A stretch of DNA of 33,843 nucleotides from NCBI GenBank assembly GCA_017646825.1, contig JAGCLT010000079.1, positions 1-33,843 of the forward strand, given 5' to 3'. This DNA comes from Clostridia bacterium (GTDB lineage Bacteria; Bacillota; Clostridia; Monoglobales; Firm-18). The translations under genes and the position numbers were made by a program. Positions 16,956-26,226 of the stretch are shown here, one piece after another. Below the pieces are notes generated by a model, which was not told the origin of the DNA, did not search any database, and saw only the letters and a list, made by a program, of their open reading frames with translations. Positions within the stretch are counted from its first letter, which is position 1. Every line of letters starts with the position of its first letter.

Positions 16956-18026
16956 ATGAATTATAACTTGACTGAAGTTTTAGCAAGGTTCGGAATTTCG
17001 GGCAGTGCATCAAGATACGGTAACGGCCACATAAACGATACATATTTAACTGATGACGGGAAATACATTTTGCAGCGTATTAACGCAAATGTGTTTAAAA
17101 ATCCCGATGATGTTATGAATAATATTTTAGCGGTAACCAAACACATGAGAGAGTCTCTTAAAAAGTTGGGCAGAGACTATGAACGTGAAACCATGACGGT
17201 TATAAATACTGTTGGCGGCAAACCCTATTATCTTACAGAAGAGGGCGACTTTTTCAGAGTATATTTGTTTATCAGTGACACAATTACATATCAGATGGTT
17301 GAAGACCCTGAGATTTTCTATAATGCAGCAAAAGCGTTTGGTGACTTTCAGAAGATGATAGCAGATTTCCCTGCAGATAAATTAAACGAAACTATAAAAG
17401 ATTTCCATAACACAAAAGTAAGATATGAGAACTTTAAAAATTCTGTGGCACAGAACAAATCAGGCAGAGCAGAGGAAGTAGAAGAAGAAATCAAATTTGT
17501 TACAGACAGAGAGCATTACTGCGATGTGGTAAATCAGGCTATAAAGGATAAAACTGTTCCTCTTCGTGTAACTCATAACGATACAAAATTAAATAACGTA
17601 CTTATGGATAAAGAAACAGGCAAAGGTGTTTGTGTAATTGACCTTGATACTGTAATGCCCGGCTCACTTTTATACGACTGCGGCGATTCATTAAGATTTG
17701 GTACAAATACTGCAAAGGAAGACGAGGCCGATTTGTCAAAAGTTTCCTGCAGTCTGGAGTATTTTGAAGCATTTACAAAAGGCTTTATGGAAGTAATGTC
17801 AGACACTATGACAGAAAAAGAAATTGAGTTGTTGCCGTTCTCTGCAATTCTTATGACCTTTGAATGTGGTATGAGATTTTTGGCAGACCACATTGACGGC
17901 GATACATACTTCAGAATTTCAAGACCTAATCATAATCTTGACAGAGCAAGAAACCAGTTCAAACTTGTTTATGATATGGAACAGAAACTACCCCAGATGA
18001 AAGAGATTGTAAATAAATACAGATAA
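16956..18026 (+). CDS. APH-fold phosphotransferase, N-acetylhexosamine 1-kinase (NahK)-like
   Basis: GNGHINDTY, YILQRIN, ETIKDFHNT, LRVTHNDTKLNN, VIDLDTVMPG, RFLADHIDGDTYF, HNLDRARNQ. Confidence 0.8.
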   Translation: MNYNLTEVLARFGISGSASRYGNGHINDTYLTDDGKYILQRINANVFKNPDDVMNNILAVTKHMRESLKKLGRDYERETMTVINTVGGKPYYLTEEGDFFRVYLFISDTITYQMVEDPEIFYNAAKAFGDFQKMIADFPADKLNETIKDFHNTKVRYENFKNSVAQNKSGRAEEVEEEIKFVTDREHYCDVVNQAIKDKTVPLRVTHNDTKLNNVLMDKETGKGVCVIDLDTVMPGSLLYDCGDSLRFGTNTAKEDEADLSKVSCSLEYFEAFTKGFMEVMSDTMTEKEIELLPFSAILMTFECGMRFLADHIDGDTYFRISRPNHNLDRARNQFKLVYDMEQKLPQMKEIVNKYR

Positions 18027-18031
18027 TTTGT

Positions 18032-18059
18032 AAAAGACTATTCATTAAAATAGTCTTTT
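18032..18059 (+). terminator. AT-rich hairpin, probable weak terminator
   Basis: AAAAGACTATT-6 nt-AATAGTCTTTT. Confidence 0.55.
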
Positions 18060-18076
18060 GTGCAAGGGAGATATAT

Positions 18077-18622
18077 ATGAAGAAAATTTTACAGTTGTTC
18101 TGGGCATTTTTCAAAATCGGTGCATTTACTTTTGGGGGCGGGTACGCTATGATACCCCTTATTCAGGGAGAAATTGCCGAAAACAAAAAATGGATTACTG
18201 ATGAAGAAATACTTGAAATAATAGCTATAGCAGAGTCAACTCCCGGACCTATTGCTATAAATTCGGCGACATTTGTGGGCTACCGTGTGGCAGGTTTCTT
18301 TGGAGCTATGTTTGCAACTTTGGGAGTAGTTCTTCCGTCCTTTATAATTATCCTTATAGTTTCTTTCTTTTTAAACCAGTTTAAAGAGAACAAGTATGTA
18401 AATTATGCGTTTTTTGGTATAAGAGCAGGGGTGCTTGCACTTATAATAAAGGCTCTTGTATCTATGTATAAAAAAGCACCTAAGGGAATTGTGCCTTATA
18501 TTATTATGGGCGTTTCCTTTATCCTTGCAGGTATAGTTAAAATAAATGTTATAATTGTAATAATTATAAGCGGTGTCACAGGGTTTGTTACTTATACTTT
18601 AAAAAGGAGGAAAGAACAGTGA
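18077..18622 (+). CDS. Short-chain CHR (chromate ion transporter family) subunit 1
   Basis: FFKIGAFTFGGGYAM, AESTPGPIAINSATFVG, GVVLPSF. Confidence 0.9.
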   Translation: MKKILQLFWAFFKIGAFTFGGGYAMIPLIQGEIAENKKWITDEEILEIIAIAESTPGPIAINSATFVGYRVAGFFGAMFATLGVVLPSFIIILIVSFFLNQFKENKYVNYAFFGIRAGVLALIIKALVSMYKKAPKGIVPYIIMGVSFILAGIVKINVIIVIIISGVTGFVTYTLKRRKEQ

Positions 18623-19155
18623 TTTTTCTGGAACTTTTTCTTACCTTCTTTAAAATAGGGGCATTTACCTTTGGGGGCGGATATGCAATGCTCCCTTTAA
18701 TTCAGGAGGCGGTTTTACAAAAAAACTGGCTTGGTCTTGAAGAAGTAATAAACTTTATTGCTGTGAGCGAAAGCACTCCGGGCCCTTTTGCAATCAATAT
18801 GGCCACTTATGTAGGAAATGTTATGGGAGGGGTTTTCGGTGCCTTTTGTGCTACCCTCGGCGTGGTGCTTCCGTCGTTTATTATAATACTGAGTGTGGCA
18901 AAGTGCTTTGACAAATTTAAAAACAGCTACAGTGTAAAAGGTATTATGTCAGGACTAAAGCCTGCGGTTGTGGGTCTTATCGGCTCTGCAGTTTTGTCTA
19001 TAGGAAAAACTGCACTTGTAACATCTGCAGTTTATTTCTCTTTAGCAATATTTTTAGTATCTCTGGTGATGGCTTTTAAGAAAGTTCACCCCATTGTGAT
19101 TATTTTAATTACTGCAGTTTTAGGTATAATATTTGGTATTGCGTTTGGGATTTAA
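18619..19155 (+). CDS. Short-chain CHR (chromate ion transporter family) subunit 2
   Basis: FFKIGAFTFGGGYAM, SESTPGPFAINMATYVG, GLKPAVVGLI; GTGA overlap with subunit 1. Confidence 0.9.
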   Translation: MIFLELFLTFFKIGAFTFGGGYAMLPLIQEAVLQKNWLGLEEVINFIAVSESTPGPFAINMATYVGNVMGGVFGAFCATLGVVLPSFIIILSVAKCFDKFKNSYSVKGIMSGLKPAVVGLIGSAVLSIGKTALVTSAVYFSLAIFLVSLVMAFKKVHPIVIILITAVLGIIFGIAFGI

Positions 19156-19168
19156 GGAGGATATTAAA

Positions 19169-20104
19169 ATGAACAAAAAAGCGTATTTTTACATTGACGA
19201 TGTTATCTGGCCTTTTCGCGACATCGCAAATGAACGACCAAAGTCAATTTTTGACCAGAGACTTCTTAAAATACTGAAAGAAGCCCACGACAGGTACGGA
19301 CTTACTGTAACGCTTAACTGTTTTTACCGCACAGACTATTCATATACCGATGTGGAATTTGATTTAAGTATGATGCCTGATGACTATAAGGCAGAGTGGG
19401 AAGCAAACTCACACTGGCTTAAACTTGGCTATCACTCAAAACAGGAATTCCCCGATTACCCGTTGATTAATGTATCTTACGAAGATATGAAAAACGAGTA
19501 CACACGTTTTGCCAATGAGGTTAAACGATTTGCCGGGGAAAATGTTTTAATGGAGTCAATTAACCCTCACTGGTGGCCAGTAAGTAAAGACGGTTGCAGA
19601 GCCTTAAGAGACTGCGGAATAAAACTTTTCAGTTGTACTTACGGTGAAACAAGAGAATACAACGGAGATCCCGCAAGCCTGCCTTACGGTCACGCTTTCC
19701 GATTGCTTCAAAACAGAAAACCCGAATCAAAATTATTCTATAGACCTGGTCGTGACCAGTCAGTTGCAAATTCTCTTTGCGGGTATAATCACTTATATAC
19801 AGAAGAGGGCGAAACAACTTTCGGTACATTCAAGACTGTGTATAAAGAGGAACTTGGAATACATTTCAAAAGATTTGGTAACGGTGTTTGCTTAAATACC
19901 TGTCCCCTTGATGAAATTGAAGGTGATCTGTTGCCGAAAACAGATAAAGAGTATATATGCTTTGCTACTCACGAACAGTACGCATATCCCGAATACTATG
20001 CATATCAGCCGGAAACAAAAGAAAAATTATTCAAGACTTGCGACGTGCTGGAAAAAGCGGGATATGAATATTTCTTTGTGGATGAATGTCTTGATATTGA
20101 ATAA
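19169..20104 (+). CDS. Hypothetical protein, possibly NodB/polysaccharide-deacetylase-like fold
   Basis: ATG at 19169 follows the RBS AAGGAGG; motifs YFYIDD, LKLGYHS, INPHWW and FATHEQY, plus a C-terminal GYEYFF reminiscent of CE4-like barrels. Confidence 0.5.
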   Translation: MNKKAYFYIDDVIWPFRDIANERPKSIFDQRLLKILKEAHDRYGLTVTLNCFYRTDYSYTDVEFDLSMMPDDYKAEWEANSHWLKLGYHSKQEFPDYPLINVSYEDMKNEYTRFANEVKRFAGENVLMESINPHWWPVSKDGCRALRDCGIKLFSCTYGETREYNGDPASLPYGHAFRLLQNRKPESKLFYRPGRDQSVANSLCGYNHLYTEEGETTFGTFKTVYKEELGIHFKRFGNGVCLNTCPLDEIEGDLLPKTDKEYICFATHEQYAYPEYYAYQPETKEKLFKTCDVLEKAGYEYFFVDECLDIE

Positions 20105-20120
20105 TGGAGAGTGATGTTTT

Positions 20121-20987
20121 ATGAAGTTAGCAGTAAACACAAGTCAATTGTACAGAATAGGAGGTATGGACAAAGCGATCGACTATCTTATAGGCGCAGG
20201 ATTTGATGCGTTGGATTTTTCGTTTTCGGAAGACTTTTTTGAACAGTTACCAAAAGACAAAGAGTATTACACTGAACTCCGAAAAAAAGTCGAGGCAAGG
20301 GGTGTTGTTTTTAATCAGGCACACGCGCCTGCACCTTCCAGTTTTGTTGACCCCGAGCAGAACAAAAAAATGTTTGATGATATTGTATCATCTATGAAAA
20401 GAGCGTCTTATTTAGGTGTAAAAAATATTGTTGTTCATCCTTGTCAGCACTTTAGTTATGATAATAAAGGAGTGCCGGAAGCTCTGTTTGAGTACAATAT
20501 GGATTTTTATAAAAGCCTGATACCTTATGCAGAAGAGTACGGCATCCGTGTTGCTATTGAAAATATGTGGCAGTACCCCGGAATGATCAGCCACTCCACA
20601 TGCTCCCGTCCTGATGAGATGATTCGATATTTTGATTCTCTTAACAACGACAGTTTTGTATGTTGTCTGGATATAGGTCACGCAGTATTGGTTCGAGAAA
20701 ACCCTGATGATTTTATCCGCAAACTGGGAAACAAGCGTCTTGGTTGCTTACATGTGCATGATGTTGACGGAACTCGCGATACTCATACACTTCCGTATTT
20801 TGGCGTAACCCGCTGGGACGATGTTATGGAAGCACTTGCAGAAATTGATTACAAAGGCGACCTTACATACGAAGTGGTATCAGGTTACTATGTTAGAAAG
20901 CCCGAAGCATTGATGGAACATTATGTAAAACTTATGGAACAAACAGGAAGATACTTGATTGATATATTTGAAAAAGCCAAGAAATAA
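20121..20987 (+). CDS. Sugar-phosphate isomerase/epimerase (xylose isomerase-like TIM barrel)
   Basis: AGFDALD, QAHAP, IVVHP, VAIENM, CLDIGHA, LHVHD...DTHTLPYFG, YKGDLTYE. Confidence 0.85.
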   Translation: MKLAVNTSQLYRIGGMDKAIDYLIGAGFDALDFSFSEDFFEQLPKDKEYYTELRKKVEARGVVFNQAHAPAPSSFVDPEQNKKMFDDIVSSMKRASYLGVKNIVVHPCQHFSYDNKGVPEALFEYNMDFYKSLIPYAEEYGIRVAIENMWQYPGMISHSTCSRPDEMIRYFDSLNNDSFVCCLDIGHAVLVRENPDDFIRKLGNKRLGCLHVHDVDGTRDTHTLPYFGVTRWDDVMEALAEIDYKGDLTYEVVSGYYVRKPEALMEHYVKLMEQTGRYLIDIFEKAKK

Positions 20988-20994
20988 AAAAATG

Positions 20995-21018
20995 GCCCAT
21001 ATCCTGATGGATATGGGC
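20995..21018. terminator. Bidirectional terminator between convergent genes
   Basis: GCCCATATCC-TGAT-GGATATGGGC, with an A-run on the left and T-rich sequence on the right. Confidence 0.85.
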
Positions 21019-21023
21019 TTATT

Positions 21024-22214
21024 TTATTGTTCTATACTTTTTGCAATCTCCTGTGCCATATTTTCAATTTCGTTTTTGTCATACATTGCGGATTTAATTG
21101 TAACATTGTTTTCCAGAATAGTTATGTCTTTCATTGAACTCAAAATTTCCGTTGCAAGTTTTGTGAAAGCAGGCGCCCAACTTCCGTTTTGTATAAGTCC
21201 TACTGTTCTGTTTTGAACATTAAGGGCTTTTAAGTCATGCAAAAATGTTTCTGTGGGCGGATATATGCCGTTGTTGTATGTGGGTGATGCAATTACAATA
21301 TGACTGCATCTGAAACATTCCGAGACAAGGTAAGAAAAATGTGTGGTGGAAATATCATATACCACAATTTTTTTAACGCCGTTTTTCGCCAGTTCCGAAG
21401 CCAGAGCGTTTGCAACAGACTGCGTGTTGCCGTACATAGATGCGTATGCAATCATTACCGCCTTTTCTTCAGGCTGGTAACTGCTCCACTTCTGATACTT
21501 GTCTATAATTACATTTAAATCTTTACGCCATACTGGACCGTGCAAAGGACAAATTGTTTCTATTTCAAGTGCGGAGGCTTTGTTAAGAAGCGCCTGCACC
21601 TGGGGACCGTATTTGCCTACTATGTTTGAGTAGTAGCGTCTGGCTTCGCTCATATCAAAGTGCGCTTCGTCGCAGAATATATTACCGTTTAATGCTCCGA
21701 AAGTACCGAAAGCGTCTGCAGAATATAATGTTTTGTCGTAACTGTCATAAGTTACCATTGCTTCTGGCCAGTGTACCATTGGTGCCATAACAAAGTTAAG
21801 AGTGTGTTTGCCAAGTGATAAGGTGTCTCCCTCTTTTACAGTTAAGTAAGAAACGTCAGAAAGTGACGGGAAAAATTGTGAAATCAACTTAACTGTTTTG
21901 TCATTTGCAACTACCTGCACTCCCTGGTATTTGTCGACAAGGTCTTTTAGCATAGCACAGTGGTCAGGCTCCATATGGTTTACTATAATGTAGTCAGGTC
22001 TTTTTCCTTCTAATACATATTCGATATTTTCCATAAACTGTCTTCCGCAGCTCTGGTCAACTGTATCTAAAATTGCAATTTTTTCGTCTTTGATTACGTA
22101 TGAATTGTAGGAGACCCCGTTTGTAAGGGGGAATATGTTTTCAAACAGATTTATACGTCTGTCGTTTGCACCTACCCAGAAACAATCATTGTTTATCATT
22201 TGTGTAGAATTCAT
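21024..22214 (-). CDS. fprA: Flavodiiron protein (metallo-beta-lactamase plus flavodoxin domains)
   Basis: GVSYNSY, NHMEPDH, PMVHWPE, SADAFG, ICPLHG, YASMYGNT. ATG at 22214 follows the RBS AAAGGA. Confidence 0.9.
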   Translation of the reverse strand: MNSTQMINNDCFWVGANDRRINLFENIFPLTNGVSYNSYVIKDEKIAILDTVDQSCGRQFMENIEYVLEGKRPDYIIVNHMEPDHCAMLKDLVDKYQGVQVVANDKTVKLISQFFPSLSDVSYLTVKEGDTLSLGKHTLNFVMAPMVHWPEAMVTYDSYDKTLYSADAFGTFGALNGNIFCDEAHFDMSEARRYYSNIVGKYGPQVQALLNKASALEIETICPLHGPVWRKDLNVIIDKYQKWSSYQPEEKAVMIAYASMYGNTQSVANALASELAKNGVKKIVVYDISTTHFSYLVSECFRCSHIVIASPTYNNGIYPPTETFLHDLKALNVQNRTVGLIQNGSWAPAFTKLATEILSSMKDITILENNVTIKSAMYDKNEIENMAQEIAKSIEQ

Positions 22215-22249
22215 ATCTATCATTCCTTTCGGATTATATTGTACCATAA

Positions 22250-22279
22250 ATTATAACAATATGCAAAATATTTTTTGAA
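22250..22279 (-). promoter_or_regulatory. Putative sigmaA promoter of fprA
   Basis: Minus strand TTCAAA-18 nt-TATAAT with TG extension. Confidence 0.45.
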
Positions 22280-22285
22280 ATAGTA

Positions 22286-22314
22286 TTGACAGTTGGAATT
22301 TTATGTGATATTAT
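22286..22314 (+). promoter_or_regulatory. sigmaA promoter of rpoBC
   Basis: TTGACA-17 nt-TATTAT with TG extension. Confidence 0.75.
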
Positions 22315-22393
22315 ATATAATCTAGTATGATGGGTATTATGCCTTTTTATGTAAAAATGTCAAAAATAAGGATTAAGTATAAATTTTAACGAG

Positions 22394-25300
22394 GTGATTG
22401 TATTGCTCACAAAGGAACAACTTGTGCATCCAGTGCGCTACGGCAAAAATACTAGAATGAGTTATTCAAGAATAGGTGAATGTTTGGACATGCCAAACTT
22501 AATCGAAATTCAGAAGAACTCTTATGAGTGGTTTTTGACCGAGGGACTAAAGGAAGTGTTTCACGACATTTCTCACATCACAGACTTTTCAGGTAATCTT
22601 GTTCTTGAATTTGTTGATTTTTCATTGGACAGTACACCGAAATATTCTGTTGAGGAAAGCAAGGAAAGAGATGCAACTTACGCTACCGCTTTGCGTGTGA
22701 AAGTGCATTTAATCAACAAGGAAACAGGGGAAGTAAAAGAGCAGGAAATCTTTATGGGTGACTTCCCGCTAATGACAGACCAAGGCACATTTATCATCAA
22801 CGGCGCCGAGCGTGCCATCGTTAGTCAGCTTGTTCGTTCACCTGGTATTTATTATGCTATGCAACATGACAAAACAGGTAAAGAACTGTTTTCAAATACT
22901 GTAATTCCTAACCGTGGTGCTTGGCTTGAATATGAAACAGAGCCAAACGATGTAGTTAATGTAAGAATAGACAGAACAAGAAAAATTCCTGTTACTGTTT
23001 TAATCCGTGCTTTGGGACTTGGTACTGATGGTGAGATTATCGAATTTTTCGGTGACGACCAGCAGATTTTGGCAACCCTTGAAAAAGACGGAACCAAATC
23101 TTACGACGAAGGTTTACTTGAAATTTACAGAAAACTTCGTCCGGGCGAACCTCCCACGGTTGAAAGTGCAGAAACACTTATTAATTCTTTGTTCTTTGAC
23201 TGCAGACGTTACGACCTTGCAAAAGTAGGCAGATATAAATTCAACAAAAAGCTTGCCATGGGACCAAGACTTACAGGTCTTACTGTTGCGGAAGACGTAA
23301 TTTCTCCCGTAACAGGCGAAGTTCTTGCAAAAGCAGGGGAGAAATTGACTGAAGAACACGCTATGATTATTGAGTCAAACGACGTTAACAGAGTTTTGGT
23401 TGATGTTGAAGGTACAAAAGTGTTCGTTATCGGCAACAACATGGTTAACCTTGAAAACTATGTTGACTTTGATGTAAAAGAACTTGGCATAAAAGAAAAG
23501 GTATATTTACCTGTTCTTAAGAAGATATTAGAAGACAACAAAACAGAAGAAGAAATCAAAGAAGCAATCACAGACGAGATTGATGAACTTATTCCTAAAT
23601 ATATAAGACCTGACGATATTTTAGCGTCAGTTAACTATCATCTTGATTTGGCATACAAAATCGGCGACACAGATGATATCGACCATTTGGGCAACAGAAG
23701 ATTAAGATGCGTAGGTGAACTTTTGCAAAATCAGTTCAGAATCGGTTTGTCAAGAATGGAAAGAGTAGTAAGAGAAAGAATGACTATCCAGGATCTGGAT
23801 GTTGTTACACCTCAGTCTCTTATCAACATAAGACCTGTTGCATCTGCAATCAAAGAATTCTTTGGTTCATCACAGTTGTCACAGTTTATGGACCAGACCA
23901 ACCCTCTTGCTGAGTTAACTCATAAGAGAAGACTTTCAGCGTTAGGTCCGGGCGGTTTGTCAAGAGAAAGAGCAGGTTTCGAAGTTCGAGACGTTCACCA
24001 TACTCACTACGGAAGAATGTGTCCTATCGAATCTCCTGAAGGTCCTAACATCGGTCTTATTTCTTCATTGTCAACTTTTGCACGTATCAACGAATACGGC
24101 TTTATTGAAACGCCTTACAGAAAGGTTGATAAAGAAACAGGCTGTGTTACTGACGAAACAATTTATATGACCGCAGATATCGAGGACAGATATGTTGTTG
24201 CACAGGCTAATGAGCCATTAGACGAAAACAACAAATTTGTAAAGAAAAACGTTACTGCAAGATATAAAGATAAAATTATGGAAGTTGACTCTAAAGACGT
24301 TGACTTTATGGACGTATCACCAAAGCAGATAGTATCAGTTGCTACTGCTATGATTCCGTTCCTTGAAAACGATGACGCTAACCGTGCTCTAATGGGTTCT
24401 AACATGCAGCGTCAGGCAGTACCGCTATTAAAAACTGATTCACCTATCGTTGGTACAGGTATGGAATACCGTGCTGCAAAGGACTCGGGCGCAGTAGTAC
24501 TAGCAAAAGCAACAGGTGTTGTTTCAAAAGTTTCTGCTGACGAAATTATTATTACAGGTGATGACGGTGAAACTTACAAACACAAATTAATGAAGTTCTG
24601 CCGTTCAAACCAGGGTACATGTATTAACCAAAGACCAATAGTTGAAGTTGGAGAAAAAGTTGAAAAAGAAGATATTATTGCAGACGGTCCTTCAACAGAC
24701 AACGGTGAAATCGCTCTGGGCAGAAACATCCTTATCGGCTTCCTTACATGGGAAGGTTACAACTACGAGGATGCTATCCTTATTAATGAAAAGTTAGTTA
24801 AAGAAGATACATTTACTTCAATTCACGTTGAAAAATACGAATGTGAAGCAAGAGACACAAAACTTGGTGCAGAAGAAATTACAAGAGATATTCCTAACGT
24901 AAGCGAAGATGCTCTTCGTGATTTGGACGAGTTTGGTATTGTAAGAGTGGGTGCCGAAGTAAGACCGGGAGATATTTTAGTAGGTAAAGTTACACCAAAA
25001 GGCGAAACAGAACTTACAAGCGAGGAAAAATTACTTCGTGCAATCTTCGGTGAAAAAGCAAGAGAAATAAGAGATACATCATTAAAAGTACCTCACGGTG
25101 AAGCAGGTATCATTGTTGACGTTAAAATCTTTACAAGACAAAACGGCGACGAACTACCACCGGGAGTTAACCAACTTGTAAGAGTATATATTGCACAGCG
25201 CAGAAAAATCAGCGTTGGTGATAAAATGGCAGGTCGTCACGGTAACAAAGGTGTTATTTCAAGAATATTGCCTGAAGAGGATATGCCGTTCTTACCTGAC

Positions 25301-26194
25301 GGTACACCACTTGAAATCGTGCTTAACCCTCTTGGCGTACCTTCCCGTATGAACATCGGACAGGTTTTGGAAGTTCACTTGGGTTATGCTGCAAAAGCAC
25401 TGGGCTGGAAAATAGCAACTCCTGTATTTGACGGCGCAAGTGAAACAGACATTATGGATACTCTTGAAATGGCAGGATACAACAGAGACGGTAAAACTGT
25501 TCTTTATGACGGTAGAACAGGTGAGCCCTTTGATAACAGAGTAACAGTAGGTTATATGCACTACTTAAAACTGCATCACTTGGTTGACGATAAGATTCAC
25601 GCAAGGTCAACTGGACCTTACTCGCTGGTAACACAACAGCCTCTTGGCGGTAAAGCACAATTCGGCGGACAACGTTTCGGTGAGATGGAAGTTTGGGCAC
25701 TTGAAGCATACGGTGCTTCATACACCTTGCAGGAAATACTTACAGTTAAGTCTGACGATGTTGTGGGACGTGTTAAAACTTACGAAAGTATTGTAAAAGG
25801 TGAGAACATACCTACTCCCGGCGTACCTGAATCATTCAAGGTATTAATCAAGGAATTACAGAGCTTGATGCTTGACGTTAAGGTTCTTGACGAAGAGGGC
25901 GAAGAGATTCCGATTCTGGAAAGCGTTGACGAAGAAGATATCTACGAGGCAAGAAGAGTTGTTGCAGACTCAGATGACGAATCACCAATCATTGATTTGG
26001 CAGGACAGATTGCTGACGAAGATGATATCATTGACAGTATTTCAGATGACGATGAAGACCTTGATGATATGGATTATGATGACATTGAAACAGAAGAATC
26101 GGAAACAGAAGACAGTGATGAAATTTCCGTTGAAGATTTGCTTGAAGAAGTAGCAAAAGAAGTGTTCAGCACAGACGAAAAAAATGAAGAATAA
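22394..26194 (+). CDS. rpoB: RNA polymerase beta subunit
   Basis: [54 protein letters not shown]. The true start may be TTG 22403 or GTG 22424 (MHPVRYGK). Confidence 0.98.
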   Translation: MIVLLTKEQLVHPVRYGKNTRMSYSRIGECLDMPNLIEIQKNSYEWFLTEGLKEVFHDISHITDFSGNLVLEFVDFSLDSTPKYSVEESKERDATYATALRVKVHLINKETGEVKEQEIFMGDFPLMTDQGTFIINGAERAIVSQLVRSPGIYYAMQHDKTGKELFSNTVIPNRGAWLEYETEPNDVVNVRIDRTRKIPVTVLIRALGLGTDGEIIEFFGDDQQILATLEKDGTKSYDEGLLEIYRKLRPGEPPTVESAETLINSLFFDCRRYDLAKVGRYKFNKKLAMGPRLTGLTVAEDVISPVTGEVLAKAGEKLTEEHAMIIESNDVNRVLVDVEGTKVFVIGNNMVNLENYVDFDVKELGIKEKVYLPVLKKILEDNKTEEEIKEAITDEIDELIPKYIRPDDILASVNYHLDLAYKIGDTDDIDHLGNRRLRCVGELLQNQFRIGLSRMERVVRERMTIQDLDVVTPQSLINIRPVASAIKEFFGSSQLSQFMDQTNPLAELTHKRRLSALGPGGLSRERAGFEVRDVHHTHYGRMCPIESPEGPNIGLISSLSTFARINEYGFIETPYRKVDKETGCVTDETIYMTADIEDRYVVAQANEPLDENNKFVKKNVTARYKDKIMEVDSKDVDFMDVSPKQIVSVATAMIPFLENDDANRALMGSNMQRQAVPLLKTDSPIVGTGMEYRAAKDSGAVVLAKATGVVSKVSADEIIITGDDGETYKHKLMKFCRSNQGTCINQRPIVEVGEKVEKEDIIADGPSTDNGEIALGRNILIGFLTWEGYNYEDAILINEKLVKEDTFTSIHVEKYECEARDTKLGAEEITRDIPNVSEDALRDLDEFGIVRVGAEVRPGDILVGKVTPKGETELTSEEKLLRAIFGEKAREIRDTSLKVPHGEAGIIVDVKIFTRQNGDELPPGVNQLVRVYIAQRRKISVGDKMAGRHGNKGVISRILPEEDMPFLPDGTPLEIVLNPLGVPSRMNIGQVLEVHLGYAAKALGWKIATPVFDGASETDIMDTLEMAGYNRDGKTVLYDGRTGEPFDNRVTVGYMHYLKLHHLVDDKIHARSTGPYSLVTQQPLGGKAQFGGQRFGEMEVWALEAYGASYTLQEILTVKSDDVVGRVKTYESIVKGENIPTPGVPESFKVLIKELQSLMLDVKVLDEEGEEIPILESVDEEDIYEARRVVADSDDESPIIDLAGQIADEDDIIDSISDDDEDLDDMDYDDIETEESETEDSDEISVEDLLEEVAKEVFSTDEKNEE

Positions 26195-26226
26195 TTCGAT
26201 GGAAATTTTAGAAGGAGTTGAGATTT

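Noticed and set aside
16956-18026. Aminoglycoside-resistance kinase
   Set aside because: Its motifs (GHINDTY, HNDTKLNN, IDLDTVMPG) fit the NahK-like sugar kinase branch of the APH fold.
23860-23960. Rifampicin-resistance substitutions in RpoB cluster I (and streptomycin-resistance changes in RpsL)
   Set aside because: The sequences match the susceptible consensus (SQFMDQ..H.RRLS; PKKPNS; RVKDLPG).
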